A stretch of DNA of 64,000 nucleotides from NCBI GenBank assembly GCA_009103225.1, contig RHPI01003330.1:70472-134471 (forward strand). Reading direction: 5' to 3'. The stretch is from Chlorokybus atmophyticus (taxonomy: Eukaryota; Plantae; Mesostigma and Chlorokybus algae). Below are positions 1 to 15,600 of the stretch, piece by piece. The notes below the pieces were generated by a model that was not told the DNA's origin, made no database searches, and saw only the letters and a program-made list of their open reading frames with translations. Numbering within the stretch: the first letter of the stretch is position 1; each line of letters begins with the position of its first letter. A program made the position numbers and the translations under genes.

Positions 1-79
1 AACGGAGTCTGCTGGGAGGTGAATGGCCGCCTGTCATACATGAGTCAGTCTAATCATTCACTACCACGCACAGGACGCA

Positions 80-1749
80 CAAACTGAGTAGACATTGATT
101 GACTGTGAAGTACACACAGTCAGTGCGTACCTGCGAAAACAACCAGAAGACGACAATGATATCAAGGCCTTCAAGGGCATATGTCGGGCCCTCAAAGTTC
201 TTAAACTGGCCATTTGGTGTGATAAAACTGTCCAGCGGCAAGAGCCCCAATGTTATAGCTCCAAGCGACATTAATGAAGCCCACAGTAACACCGTGCTCA
301 TCAGAAAGAATCTGTACCCCAACTCTTGTACCCTGCGAACAGGCACTTGGTTGGTCCACACAACACAACTGCGTTAATAACAACAAGCACTGAGCTCTGC
401 ACCTGTCAAATGGTTTTTTGCGCAACACTTGCGACGTGACGTGAGTACTCCAGCAGACAACAATGAAGAATGAAAGGTCCATAACAGCAAGGATCATGGC
501 GGCTGCTTCATGGCCTCTTTCATTAGTGCCGGCTACAGTCACACGGATAGCAGGGATCAAGTAGATGAATGGGAATGGTGACGTGTTGAAGTCCAATCCA
601 AACTCCAAGCCAACGCGCAGAGTGTAGTAAGCGAGCACAACCAGCACTGCACGGTAGTAAGGTGCTACCGCAAGCCTCTGTTCAGTGACCCGGTAGGAGC
701 GAATAAGAAGCATCCAGTACCTGTTAGTCATAGTGTGGGCTTTGAGACGAGTCAAGGATGATGCAACAGAGAGTTTTGGATAAAACAATGACAACAGACA
801 CTACCATGCACACACAATATACTGAGCTGTAACAACAGCAGAACGTTGTGGCAGCCACCAAAGTGCCATTGTGTTTGAAACAGTGTGCTACACAGATGCA
901 GAACTTTCCACCACAATCAGCGCGTAACACGGACCACTTATGATTAGGCATGCACAGTGCTACAGTGCATTGCCACGCTGGTCTCGTACACACGGTCAGG
1001 CACACTGCTCACTTACAAATAATACGTGAGTTGGCAGAAGGGCGTGAACACGTGAGCCAGCTTGCGAGTGCCGTCGACTAAACGCCAGCCATTAGCAGCG
1101 ATAAGAATTACCCCAGGAACGTTCTGGCAAAGGGTGAAGCCTCCGAGAAGAGCCATGACCCAATACTGCGCAAGTCAGCAAGGAATAACTGATCGCATAG
1201 GTTTGTCACAAGCACAGGCGGTGTTATGTGGTTGTCGTGCATGCAGGCCTGCGTGCATGTGTGTGCATGCGTTCTCGCGCGCATGTGGCCTTTCGCGTAT
1301 GTGTGTATGTACGCAAGTGCGTAGGCAACTGTGTGCACATGCAACAGTGCGCGCATGTGTGTTCTTGTGTGCATGCTCATGCGTATGTGCATGCGCCTGT
1401 GGAAGTGTACGCATACCCATGCGCATGTTTGTAGTACAAGTACATGTGCGTGTAGCTGTGCCTGTGCGCATGCATGTTGCATGCATTTGTCACATATACA
1501 CGCACGCGATGCACATCGCGAGCCCACAGGGGCATGAATCCGCACCTGTTGTGGCACTCGTTTGGATCGGTCTTCGAGCAGGATGCGCCGTGTAAATATG
1601 ACAAACAGCACCAAGATAAGCACAAAGAAGGTGAGTCGCATGGCACTGCCAAGGATGTATGCAGCGGCAGGCGCTTCCTGGCCGTTGGTCGCAAGTGCAT
1701 GGTGAGAGATGACAATGACAAAGGCGCAGTACCCCGCCGCGGTAATCAC
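80..1749 (-). CDS. Multi-exon, multi-pass membrane protein (partial; true start and end uncertain), weak resemblance to the TMEM181/Wntless type
   Basis: Hydrophobic in-frame segments bounded by GT/AG-like sites at about 1525-1749 (RLTFFVLILVLFVIFTRRILLEDRSKRVPQQ), 1015-1190, 430-721 (YWMLLIRSYRVTEQR...LSFFIVVCWS) and 84-361 (LGYRFFLMSTVLLWASLMSLGAITLG). Family guess is by eye only. Confidence 0.45.
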
Positions 1750-4700
1750 CGACAGAAACAGAAGCCATGCCAGCCTGTTCAGCTCCCGTGGAGAGATAAC
1801 CTCAAGCTTTATGCGTGGAGGTATGCGTCTTTGAAAAATATCCTCCTGTTAAGAAGGTGAAGTTCAAGTGACAACTGTTTACAACCTGCATATATGCTCT
1901 GGGATACCTATATATGAATATGTTAGCCAAGCACCCTGTGATGTACGCAGATGTCCCGAACACGACGCTACTCTATGAACAACGATCCGTGCCTTCAGAA
2001 CGCTGATTGACAAAAACGCGACAACAATTATGCATGCAGCAAAAGGGTTTCTTAGAATTAGCACTCAACTAACCAGCACAAATTTCGCATGCCTGTAGGA
2101 TTGAAAACCCGTCAAGCTCATGCGTAAACAGCTGCACCGCAACAAGCGACCAGTGGCAAGCAAAAAGCATGCCCAGTGTCACGGCCATGTAAGCCAGCAT
2201 AGCACATCCACAAGCGTCTCACCTCTTCTTCTTCCTCACGCTTCTGCTTCTGCTGCTGCTGCTGCTGCTGGCTACTACTTTCCTTCTTTTGCCCATTGCC
2301 TTCCAGCTGCTGGTTACCTTGGTTCACCGGACTACCATCACCAGCTGGCGGTCGGCTTGAGGGCTCGCCCACGACCACGTCCGCTAGCTGCACCTCCGCC
2401 TCCGCCTCCCGATCGGCGGCGCCATGCATGTGCTACGCCGCCGCCGCCGCCGCCGCCGCATACGCCACGGACACACTGTTTGCATTTTGTGGCAATACTC
2501 GAAAACCAACAGCACCGACAGTCCATGCTGGATTCAGCAATCAAGTGCAATTCCGTCAGCATTCCCGTAACATTTATCGATCATGCCACGAAAGGTGTTT
2601 TTCCGTCGCAAGCATGGAGCCTAGGAGTAAACTACGTAGCGTACAGCCAAGTCACTGTCAGGGCGCATGGTGCTGGCGGCCTGCTAGGCAGCACCGGAGG
2701 AGGAAGACGAGGAGGAGGAGGAGGAGGAGGAAGAGGAGGGGATTGTGTTGCCTCTGTTCAAGCTGAGCGGGAGATGATGGCGGTGAGCTCCAACTTAGAG
2801 CAGGACAGGAGGATACAAAAATCCATAACTTACCTGCGTGCATTTTGCGGCTGTTGCAGCCATACAGAACTGAACAGCATGTTGAAATCAGACGATGAAG
2901 GCCAAGCGGCGAGGAAGCGGGGAGTTGCGCGGGTGAAACGTAAATTGTCGTCCATCAGGCTACCCAGGATGTTGAAGGCTTGCTAGAGGCCTGGTGCGAG
3001 TTGGGTAGGTTGGGTAGGTTGCGGTTTGTCCGTTTGACAGCGTTGGTGATGAGCTGAGGTAACAAATCATGAACAGAGCTACAGTTGCCTAGATGGAGAC
3101 CCCGACCCCCCCACCCCCACCCCCCTCCCCCCAACCCTCGGCGCTCGCACATCTTTGGCAGCCCCATGTACCCCAACCGACGACGCAAACACGCATGCAT
3201 GCCATGCACCGTAAGCTTTGTGACAATGCAGCTTGGTATTGGAGTAAGCAAGCATTACTGTCAAAGTACATGCCGCGCCCTCATTAACGTAACCGATAAG
3301 TAAGCAGCTTACCCGCAGTGATTGCAGGAACCGCTCAAAAAGGCTTCGAAGCGAAGGCGCTTACAACTGCGACTATGGTTAATATCATGGCATGTGCAAC
3401 TCAATATTCTGTTCTTGTATTTCATCCGTTTTTTATATGCTTGTTAATGCAGTCTCAAACTGCAAGCATTGTGCAGTATCCTAGCACACCGATTGCAGCA
3501 CGGCCTTGCTGCTATTTATGCAGCACCGCGTATGCTCTGCAGCTGATAAAGCGCATGTAATCGAATTGGAGCCCGGTCTCGCTGATACACGATGGGGACT
3601 AATAGACAAGCATTGCTGCTTAGACGCAGTACACGGCATCGTGACGCAAGATGCCAGGCGCATAAAAAATAGACACGGAGTCCTCACCACCCTAGCCTGC
3701 GGAAGGAATACACAATTTTTTGCATGCAGATATTTGGTACGAATGCACGCATATGCTCGCGCATGTTGAGCCAATAAGGGTTCCTCCGCGCTGCGCATAG
3801 ATGTCAATGCAGTTGTGGGCTGGATGTATTCTAATAGAATGACAGGACGGCGATGGGGTTCAACACAGCATGGTACCTTGCAAGCACCGGTGCACCTGAT
3901 GCACCGGTGCTCGCGATATAGCTGCATCTAGCGATACCTATGCGGTTGGCTTGCCACTGCTTGCTATGTTGTAAACGGCAACATCGCAAGCGGATTCTAA
4001 ATTCTGTATTGTTGTTCAAGGAGAACCTTGCATGTGCACTCTTGGTATGCACTCTAGGTCTGTTGAACACAATATCACCTGATGCGTTGCTTGTCCTGTT
4101 TAACGCCGTGGGTGCTGGTGGCACATGTCGAAGTGGCCCTGCTCAACGTTTTTAATTGAATTGGCTTGATATTCCAGGCTGCAAGCACTACTGCTGACGC
4201 AATATTCTTGAGCGTAAGGACCTTACAGTGCATGTGGCACCATGATGTTGTGTTTGAGTGCGTGCTGATGTAACCCTGATGCATGCAGTCTTATAGATCG
4301 TAAATAGTGTGATACTAATGCACTCTTCGCAACCGCTGTTGAACTGAACTGCAGTTCTTAAAATAAACAAAGCCATGCCATATGATTGTATCACGTGGGT
4401 ATGGCATGAGTTATTGGTAGTTGATGACAGTATTGAATGACACGTGAACTTTAATCACAATGTATGTAACATGCAACTCTACCCTTGGCTATGCTGCGGT
4501 GTCAAGAAAAGTGGAAGCTGCAGCTGAGCCGAGCTACAAAACCGCAGCACTATGCCTTGGGCGCAGTTTTCAATTGAAATCTGCGCCCACAGCTTGTGTA
4601 TTATGATAGTACACATTGTACTACACAACCTGTGGTTGCAAAAAATACATGTACACTTGCGCCTGTAAGATTGAAGGAAGATATGGTCGTATTGACGAAC

Positions 4701-5768
4701 AGTACGTTACTAGTACTTGGAATGCATGCACCCCAGGACTGCATGCATACAGCCGCAGATATATGCAACATTAGAACGCCAGCAATTATCATGCGATGGA
4801 CGGTCAGAGACTGTGATACGCATATAACCAGCATACAGCATGTGTATTGGCAGTACTCAGATAGGGGCCAGAGCTGCACAGCTAAAAGGCATCCCGGCCA
4901 ACTTAACCAATGTCAAGCAACATGTAGCACAAAACACTCTACAAAATACGTTCAAAAGCAAGCAGTCCAGAGTTTGTGTCTGGACTCCAGACACAGAGCA
5001 GCATGTGTTCCAGCAGCACGGCAGCGCTGGTGGTGGAAGCGTCTAGACCACCTCGGTGAAGAGTAAGGGCTTGGGCTTGAACAGCAAAGACTCCTTGGTG
5101 ATATGGGGCTGTCTCTCGGTCTTGCATCTTGCATCAACTGACCGGCCAGCAGCCCTCGTCGACCCCTTCCGCTCCCTGACAGCAATTTAGAGCACTGTCG
5201 CAGATACAGACTCTTAGCCGAAGCTGCTTGCCGATCGACCGGCCAGCAGCCCTGGTCGGTTAAGCTCAGCCGATGGTTTTCGTCATGATTGAATTTGGAC
5301 ATTACCGGAAATCCACATGGACTCGCATGATTGAGCTCAATTTCTCGAGTTTTGCCCAAAATAGCGGAGGACAGGAGACGACCACTGAATGTTGGGTTCT
5401 GTGATTTGATAGGACCCAACATTCATGTTCGCGCACATGCGCTGGGGGCCTAGCAAAAAATATGAACCTACGTAGCGTGGCCTTTGCTGACTCCTGCAGC
5501 GTGTCAGCAGACTTTGGCTTGGCGAGTTGGCGGCGGCGGGGACGTTGTCGCCGGGGTGCGGGCTGTTGTCTTGTGTGCTGCTGCTAACAGCTTGGTCGGC
5601 AGTGTTTTTCTTGGAGCGTTGCTGCGCAGCGCAGGACATGCTGGAGCTAGGTAGGCGGCGTGGCCACTGTGTCGTTTGAAGCGGTGAAGAGGCGGTGGCA
5701 GGCTTGGTGACAAGCGGGAAGCTTGGATCAGGGGGTTGATCTGCGCTTGTGGGTCAGCTTGTGCTGCA

Positions 5769-7035
5769 ATGGCATTGCAGGCAGTAAATCTGAGGCAGCA
5801 GATATCCCACTTTGAGCAGGCCCTCGTGGCTGAAGGCGTCCTGTCAGAGCAGTTTATGATATTGCGACAGCTGCAGGTGAGGTGCCATTGAAGCGTTGTT
5901 AAGCATCAAAACATGTTGTTGTGTTTGGTTATGATGTTGCTCAGGCCTTCTTCTAAGCCCACCCCTCCCCTCTCCCCGCCGACCAACATCCCNNNNNNNN
6001 NNNNNNNNNNNNNNNNNNNNNNNNNNNNNNNNNNNNNNNNNNNNNNNNNNNNNNNNNNNNNNNNNNNNNNNNNNNNNNNNNNNNNNNNNNNNNNNNNNNN
6101 NNNNNNNNNNNNNNNNNNNNNNNNNNNCTAACCCACCACCACACACACACCACACACACACTCTCACTCACTCACTCACTCACGTCAAGCACTACAGCGC
6201 GCGGGTGCGCACGCACATACCCGCATGGGCAGGCGGGCAGGGAGGCAGGCAGGCACTGCACACATACACAAGCCCACACATGCACCCACGCTCCTGCGCA
6301 CATATGTCAAGCAAAATTAACAAGGCTTCTGCACTTATTGCATGTGAGCAACTGTCAGAAAACAGCATAAATTTTGGGTGACGTGATTTACTGTGTAGAA
6401 CAGCATCGCACAGGCACTTGAATATCTCATGTGTTGCATATGCACAGTGGCAGTCGCACGCTTGTCCTTGATATGGCTTTGGTTGTAGGATGAAGCAGAC
6501 AGCTCCGAGTTCATTGTAGAGGTTATCCGGGTCTTCTTCAGTGACGCGGACGAGAAGATTGAGCGCCTCAGTCAGCTAGTTGCGAGCACACCTGATGCAG
6601 AGATTGACTTCACGTTGGTTGATGGCGTTGCGCACCAGTTGAAAGGCTGCTCTGCCACTATTGGAGTTTCACGAGTTGCGGAAGGATGTGTTGAGTTCAG
6701 GAAGCTCTGCGCTGAGGTTGACTCTGTCACATTTCTAAACCACGCGTGTTGTCAACCACTTGTATGCACAATATATGCATCTCCTTACATGATTAAGTAC
6801 GTTGCGCACTCACATGTTTTAAGTGCGCAACGTCCTCTTCCATGTGGAAAAGCATGCATGACGTTGTGCGCACACAGTTGTAAAGCAATCACACGAGTTT
6901 AACTGGTTGTTGCGACAGGGGAAAGGGGATGCAATACGTAGAAAGGTGGAGGAGGTGCGGGAGGCATACGTTGACGCAAAGTCACAATTGCAGAAGATTC
7001 TGCACCTGGAGCTTCAACTTATACAGAGCCTGTAG
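5769..7035 (+). CDS. AHP: Histidine-containing phosphotransfer protein (AHP/HPt), 3 exons, 150 aa
   Basis: Exons 5769-5876, 6489-6716 and 6919-7035 join in frame across GT-AG introns. Contains VDGVAHQLKGCSATIG (HPt motif with the phospho-accepting His) and ends in TAG. Confidence 0.93.
5993..6127. other. Assembly gap (N run) in AHP intron 1, next to C-rich and (CA)n sequence
   Basis: Run of N in the sequence. Confidence 0.99.
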
Positions 7036-8084
7036 CCCGGAGTCCAGCAGTGTTGTCAAGACTACATGCTTGCATGTTTTGTGCACAGCGGCCAGGCAAA
7101 GCCTTCAGTAAATATACCAAGCTCTTGCCAGCGCCGCCAGCGCCATCCACTACCTTGCCATTGGGGCCGTCCAGGCCCATACAGTGAAGGCAATGGCTGT
7201 GCTGCTAAACGGCTTGTCCAACAGACACTTCAGCTCGCATTTTGGTTCCCAGTAACTTAGATGTAGTCGCAGCCAACAGTGCTCAATGCTGTTTTCCAAT
7301 ATGGTCAGCTACCACCCTAGCTGGCGGCCCCACTAAGCTTTGTGACCGATAGGAAGTTGTATAGACACAAACCAGTGTTGTTCTTCTAAGGTAGTCCGTG
7401 ACGCTGACGGCACACCTATCAGTGTCTAGCGTCAGCAGTTGACGCAACATATGCATATCAACTCCACAAACAGATTGCTGTGGTGAGACGACATTTATTG
7501 ACCATATCTATTGCCTCTTGCATGCAGTACACACCATGTTGGTGATTGTACACGTGCTTGTACTTGGAGCTATAGTCATGCCGTATTCATAGGTGATTTT
7601 GGCAGTGCAGATAGGCGTGCCATCTGTTGTACTAGCTATTTCCGGTAGCTGCATATGTGATGTTTATCGACACCGACGTTTCTGTGGGTTGCAAATCGCT
7701 AATAATATTGATGATCGCGCTTACTTTATGTACTTCATAATTACATTGACATTGTTGGGTTATGTACAATCCAATAATGAACATGTAGAAAAGGGGCCAT
7801 ACGTTGTCCAAGGCTTGTAATTGACACATAATACACATATGTGTGCATAAGGAAGTTGGTTTTCTTTTTATGGTACTTGTGTTGCATAAATCTGAGTGTA
7901 AGGACTGCATTGCGTACATGTATGGTTTGTAGATTCGTATGCGGATACCTTGCATTTGTTGTCGCGCATTTTACATAATAAAGACTGCGATTACGTGCTC
8001 ATGCTGTACCCACACCCAAACAAGTACTTACATGCATTTCGACCCGATACAATTCCCTTTATTGAACATCATAACACAGAAAGG

Positions 8085-8240
8085 TTGCACATGGCAAACC
8101 CTGAAGTAGATGGCAGTAGAGCAAACACAAGCAAGCAGTCATGTGATTACGTGGGGGCCAACGCAAAGGCTATGCACAGCCTACTCCAACTTAACACAAC
8201 TAGCAAAACACTAGACCCTTAAGCAACAGCAGCAATCTGG
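8085..8240 (+). repeat. Dispersed intergenic repeat, family A copy 1
   Basis: ATGTGATTACGTGGGGGCCAA...TAGACCCTTAAGCAACAGCAGCAA aligns with about 21655-21800 and 63750-63920. Confidence 0.6.
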
Positions 8241-9365
8241 CGTGTACAGCAGCAAGCAGACAGCTGACAACAACCAACCACCCGCAAAGTGCAGAGGAGA
8301 GTCATGTCAACATGTACTGATGACACTTTCATGTAATACATGTGAAGACTACAAAGTTTAAACGATCTCTTATCTTTACATATAACTATTTGTAGACGTG
8401 CAAGTGGGAATAATACTACCAATGGTTTTTCATCATTGGCAACATGGTTGTCATTGTAATGATGAACAATGTTTTAAGTTGTGTACATACTTGCGTATAG
8501 GCAGTTTTTCCATACATTTGCTTGAGTATGTTACATTCAAATGAACTCAGGCTTAATAGACATAGACCTGTTGAATACTATATATTTAACTTGCTTGCTA
8601 CATGCTTTGCAAGCCTTGCACAACATACATGAGAGTTGGCAATATTTGGTGGAGTATTGAGGAGTGAAGTTGAATTTAATACACTACTTTTCATCATACA
8701 AACTTTTAACTGCAATGATCACTTTTTCCCTTTATATGTTCCCCATGTCCCTAGACGTTTTATGCTTATGTGTTTATCAACTTGAATTCAGTTACATGGT
8801 GTGATGAAGAGTGAACGCGACATTAACCTTAAGGTGAGTTGAAATACAATAATACTTGCATACTCTTATAATGTCATAAGCTGCCGATGTCGTCTCATTA
8901 GTGTTTTCATTTATTGAGACTGGCACTTTGCATAGGATCACGCCGCAAAGTACAGTGAGATAATAATGTGAAAATTTAATTTCCTCTCTTTCAACAATCA
9001 TGAACTCAGCTGAACTCTCAGCAAACCTTTAATGGTTGGGCGATTGGTCTCTGCGCATGGTTCGTGTAGTTTATCTAGTGCTCCTAGGAGCATGGTGGGT
9101 GCGAGCTGCACAAGCGACAAATTGCATCGTGGCTTCATTCATGAAGCCAACGGCCACACCTTGCATAATTCGTGAACCAAATCATTTATCATGTGCCAAC
9201 TCTGATTAGTATATGCGCATAGGCGGTGAGCTTCTCAGCGTTGTTGGACACCCTAAACAAGCCAGCAGAGTTGGGGCAGCAATCAAGTTGGTGCGGCGGC
9301 GTGGGCGGCGGCGGCGGTCGGAGATCTTTCGGGCCTTTTGGGAAGACATACCACTGAGTGCAGCC

Positions 9366-11334
<1,969 letters not shown>

Positions 11335-12664
11335 CACAAGTTCATGTACAATTAGAGTCTGTAGTAGGCAGCTCCCCTATTCATTTCCAGCAAACAGTCA
11401 TTGGTTGCTGTGCGCATGCATACATGTGGAGTCTGCTGTGCCATGATGTAGAGTTGCCGCACGTGAAGAGTGCGTAGTCAAAATGACGTTTTCAAAGGCG
11501 CCCCCTACCGGGTGGACTCGTATGTCTCAAAAGCATATGCCTCGGAGTAGGCACTCCACTCCTGAGGCATAAAGTTGTCGTCTGGGCGCTAAAAACCGCA
11601 GCACCTATGAGTTCTTTGGCTTGTTTCTTTGGGTAAAAAGGTTTTTGTGGCATGCCTCGCTGCACATATTCTCGCTTCCAAGGAATGTGTACGAGGTGCT
11701 AGGACATATATACAAACATAATTACAAAACTCCAATGCACACAGCATTCTATAGCTTATTTTGATTTGCTGGTGATGGGAACCATACACTGTTAGGGCAT
11801 TATTAACACCATAACACTATCATTCTCGACAGTGCTCGCACAATGACTTCTGTTTCTGTCTCGCTATACTGTGGCTGTTTTACCTTAGGAGGTAAATGCC
11901 AATTGCACCATATATTCTGTGTATCGTAAGGACAACACAATGTCATGGCAATGAAGGAGGCTAGTCACTAACCACAGCCGTGGTGCAGGTGATTGCTGGA
12001 CATCATGCATGCTGGTCTGACTAATGGGGCAGGGGCTTAGCGTGTTAGGTAGAGTAGGTAGCCCGGTGGTGAACTGCTGGTGTAGACTGTAAGCATGGTA
12101 TGTGCCCGCTGCTGCATGTGGTATTGCTATTGTGTTTGACACCTTGCATGCGCCTAATTCAGGTTACCATCTTTTGTACACAAGCACAGCCAAGTGTCCA
12201 CACCTTAATCTATAACAAGCACAAGGAAGTAGCGTGTTCACTATGCATCGCACATAGCAGCTCTGGAAGTAGGTCTCGAAGTAGCTCTGGAAGCGCTAGA
12301 GGCCTCATGCACAGGTATAGTCATTGCGCGTCCCCATAAAGTGCACCTGAAGGTTGCAACGACTGATTTTGAATTGACACGTCACTTGCAAGCAGGAGGG
12401 TGTGCATAGTGTAACACAACTGCGCCAGCAAAATCATGACAATACTTAGTGTAGACACTCATTGACACTCATGCGCTTGTGAGCGTGACATGTTGCACTG
12501 TTCCCGGTTCATGCATGCACTGGGGAACACAACGCTGTCAAGCTTGTTATGCAGTAAGACACGAAGCAACAGTGGGACCGCGCTGTCAACCGACTCCATG
12601 CAGACTGCTCTAGCTGGCAGTGTGCTGCATGCAACGAGGCATTGCATAGTAACACAGCTAGCAC

Positions 12665-15600
12665 CTATCGTGTATCAATACCTGTCCTGTCATCCGTATC
12701 AACAAGCTCGTCTGCAGCAGCCATAACTGTGTCCCCTTGTTTATCCATGCTTGTTGGTTTATCTTCGTGTTCATCCTGGGCATCCGCAGCACCCTCCGCA
12801 CCTTCAGCCGCAGCACCCTTCAAACCCTCACCCTCACCCTCTGGCACCGCAATAGCATCATCATCAGGAGCAGCAGGTGCTTCCTGCACAGCCTCCAATG
12901 CCGGAGCAGCACTTTCCGGCTGCACAGTCTCTCCCGCACTCGCCGACTCGGCGGGCACATCTGCTTGCTGCGTGGCCGGACCGTCCTCGGCTTGGGAATC
13001 CATAAGCTCCGCCTTCGCATCCACGGCAACAGCTGAGTCCTCTGCTGTTTCCTGCTCACTCTGCTCAGTGTCCATCACGTCCGTGTTCACATCAGCCGGC
13101 TCTTGCGGCGTTGCTTCCTGCTGCTCTTGGGGCTGAGCATTCATTGACTCCGGCCTCGCATTGGCAGTGTTATCTACCTGCGGTGTCGCTTCTTGCGTCT
13201 CCAGCCGTGCATCAGTTTCCGGTTGCGCTTCTGCTGAATCCATAGACTCCGGTTTTACATCAGCAGCGTTGTCTACCTGCGGCGTTGCTTCTTGCGTCGC
13301 GGGCCGTGCATCAGTCTCCAACCGCGCTTTGGCCAAATCCATAGACTCCGGCTTTGCATCGGCAGCGTTGTCTACCTGTGGTGATGCTTCTTGCATTGCT
13401 AGCTGCGCATCAGTTTCGGGACGCGTTTCTATTGAAGGAAGCGGTGGAGTTTCTGATTGTGTTACAGGCTGACTGGTGTCCCTTTCGGCCACCTGTTCTC
13501 CAAAAGCAGAAGGAACAGGCTGCTCACCACTGCTTTTCTCTAACTCCACTTCCGCGGCACCAGCTTTGTCACTCAATGACTGGATCTCTTGCACTGTTTG
13601 CTTGGGTTTGCTGTCTGAAGACTTTGATTGTGTCACAGGCTGACTGATGTCCCTTTCAGCCACCGGTTCTTCAGAAGGAACAGGCTGCTTATCACTGCGT
13701 TTGTTGAGCTTCACCTCAGTGGAACCGGCTTCTCTATCACTCGACGGCTTGATCACTCGCACTGTTTGGGGCTCAGTTTTGCTGTCTATAGGTTGCTTCT
13801 GTACAAGAGTCTTAGCTTCTGCTGGCTTATTGCCATTGACTTGAGCTTTCTGCGTCTTCCCAAGCACCTCATCCCTGAACCGTTCTAGATCAGGGAGCAG
13901 CTCTTCCTCGGTCTTGTACACAAAATCGTTCACCCGCCACATCTACGCATCCAGTCACAAATCACACGCTGTAAGCAACAATACAAGTGTTCTTTACAAG
14001 TTAACGACGCGGCTTCACATGCAAGTCCTGACCTGCAGTGTTCCACCCGCAATGTCCTCGTTCTGAGACACGCTGAGGATGGACCACGGGCTGGCGGGGT
14101 TCCAGTTGAAGTCCTGAACGGGGCCTTTATGGCCCGCGTGCTGGAAGATGAGCTCTACCGGTGGGCCACCCTTGCCTTCCGTTTTGGAGTCCACTTTGCT
14201 GCCAGTCCGGCTCGTGTCCCAGATGTTGACAAAGTGGTCTTCACCACCGCTGGCAAACACTGTGGCCTTGTCCGGACTCCACTGCACCGTGGTGATAGGC
14301 TCTTTGTGGCCTGTTCAACACGTACAACGCATAATTGAGCGCTGGCTGAAGCACACCTGCCTAACCATAAAGTCAGAAGTCCATACCTGAAAAAATATGC
14401 ACAGCTGCTGCGCCATTTGATGTTGTGGAAAGCTTTCGCCGGTCAAACAACCTCACTGTGCTGTCCGCACTCCCTGTTAGGACAAGGTGCTCGTTGTGCG
14501 CATTCCAGTCCACGCAATGCAAGTCCGACTTGTGGGCATCCTTGACCGCAAGAACTGGCGCCCCGCCGCTGCGAGCATCCCAAAACAACAGCTGGTAATC
14601 GTCGCCCACGCTGCAGCACTCCTCCGCTGAGCTTGGGTGGAACTGAATGTCTTCCACCGTGTCCGTGTGACCTGCACACATGCATGTTGGTTGCCACTCT
14701 GACTTGCAATGCGCACGTCACTGGTGTTGTGCTGTGCAAGCATAGCTCACAATGATGAACACGTGCGCAAGGCATGGGAACCTCTGGCTCATCATTGTGC
14801 TTTTCACTTCAGGAAGGCCCGTACCAGTAAACTTTTGGCGAGGTTCAACAGTGGGTGCTGGCGGAGCGGTTGATGTTGTGCCACCCCCGCTGTTCCAACT
14901 AGAGCGGCCGCTACCGGCGGCAGCAGAGGGTGTAGTGTCTGAGGCTGAAGTTGACGGGTGAGCAAGCAGCGAGGTGACGTGATCGGTAAGTGACCACATG
15001 AGGACGTTGCGGTCCTTTCCGCCACTAATCACTGATGGCGCCACCTTGCTAAGTGAGAGAGCAAACTCGGCGTTGGCTTCGTGCCCGGACAGCACCAAGT
15101 CTGGGCGCGAAGCTGTCGGGTTGCTGGTGAGTTTGCACTCTGGCTGCGTGTCAACGTTCCATATATACACCTGCACATAGATGTAACCTCTTTGCTGCTG
15201 CACGCACGCACTTACAGAACAGTGACTGGCATGAATGTGAAGAGATTTCACTGTGCTCTGATCTAACTAGGTAGACTCAAGCTTTTGGACACTACTTATT
15301 CAGTCTGGTTGGTTTACGGCATGAATATGCTTATCACATTGCGTCAACATGCATGATGACTCATCGTTGCTAAGTCATCATGCATGTTGATGTCGCACAA
15401 CAACTATACACAGACTGCTATTATACCTCGGGTGCGTCCGTGTGTGTTGCAACGAGGGAAGCTGCATGAGGGCACTCTCGTATGCGGTTGACCTCGCCTG
15501 GATGGAAGATGGTCTTATGCTTTTTGACGTGCTGAGATCGGTCGCGCTCGTCAAAGCTTCGTATGTGGTCTGACGCCGCAACTCGCGGCTTCACGACCTC

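Noticed and set aside
1062-1595. Several overlapping ORFs rich in C/H/A/M
   Set aside because: Artefacts of a TGCA/(TG)n low-complexity intron.
2120-2986. 288-aa + strand ORF
   Set aside because: Made of (GCT)n, (CCG)n and (GGA)n microsatellites; no domain. Probably UTR or intron of the - strand membrane gene.
3884-3910. Perfect 11-bp-stem hairpin GCACCGGTGCA-CCTGA-TGCACCGGTGC
   Set aside because: Single short instance in TGCA-rich sequence; no supporting context.
4952-5639. Possible two-exon - strand gene divergent from AHP
   Set aside because: Splice sites are plausible but the translation has no recognisable features; cannot be supported.
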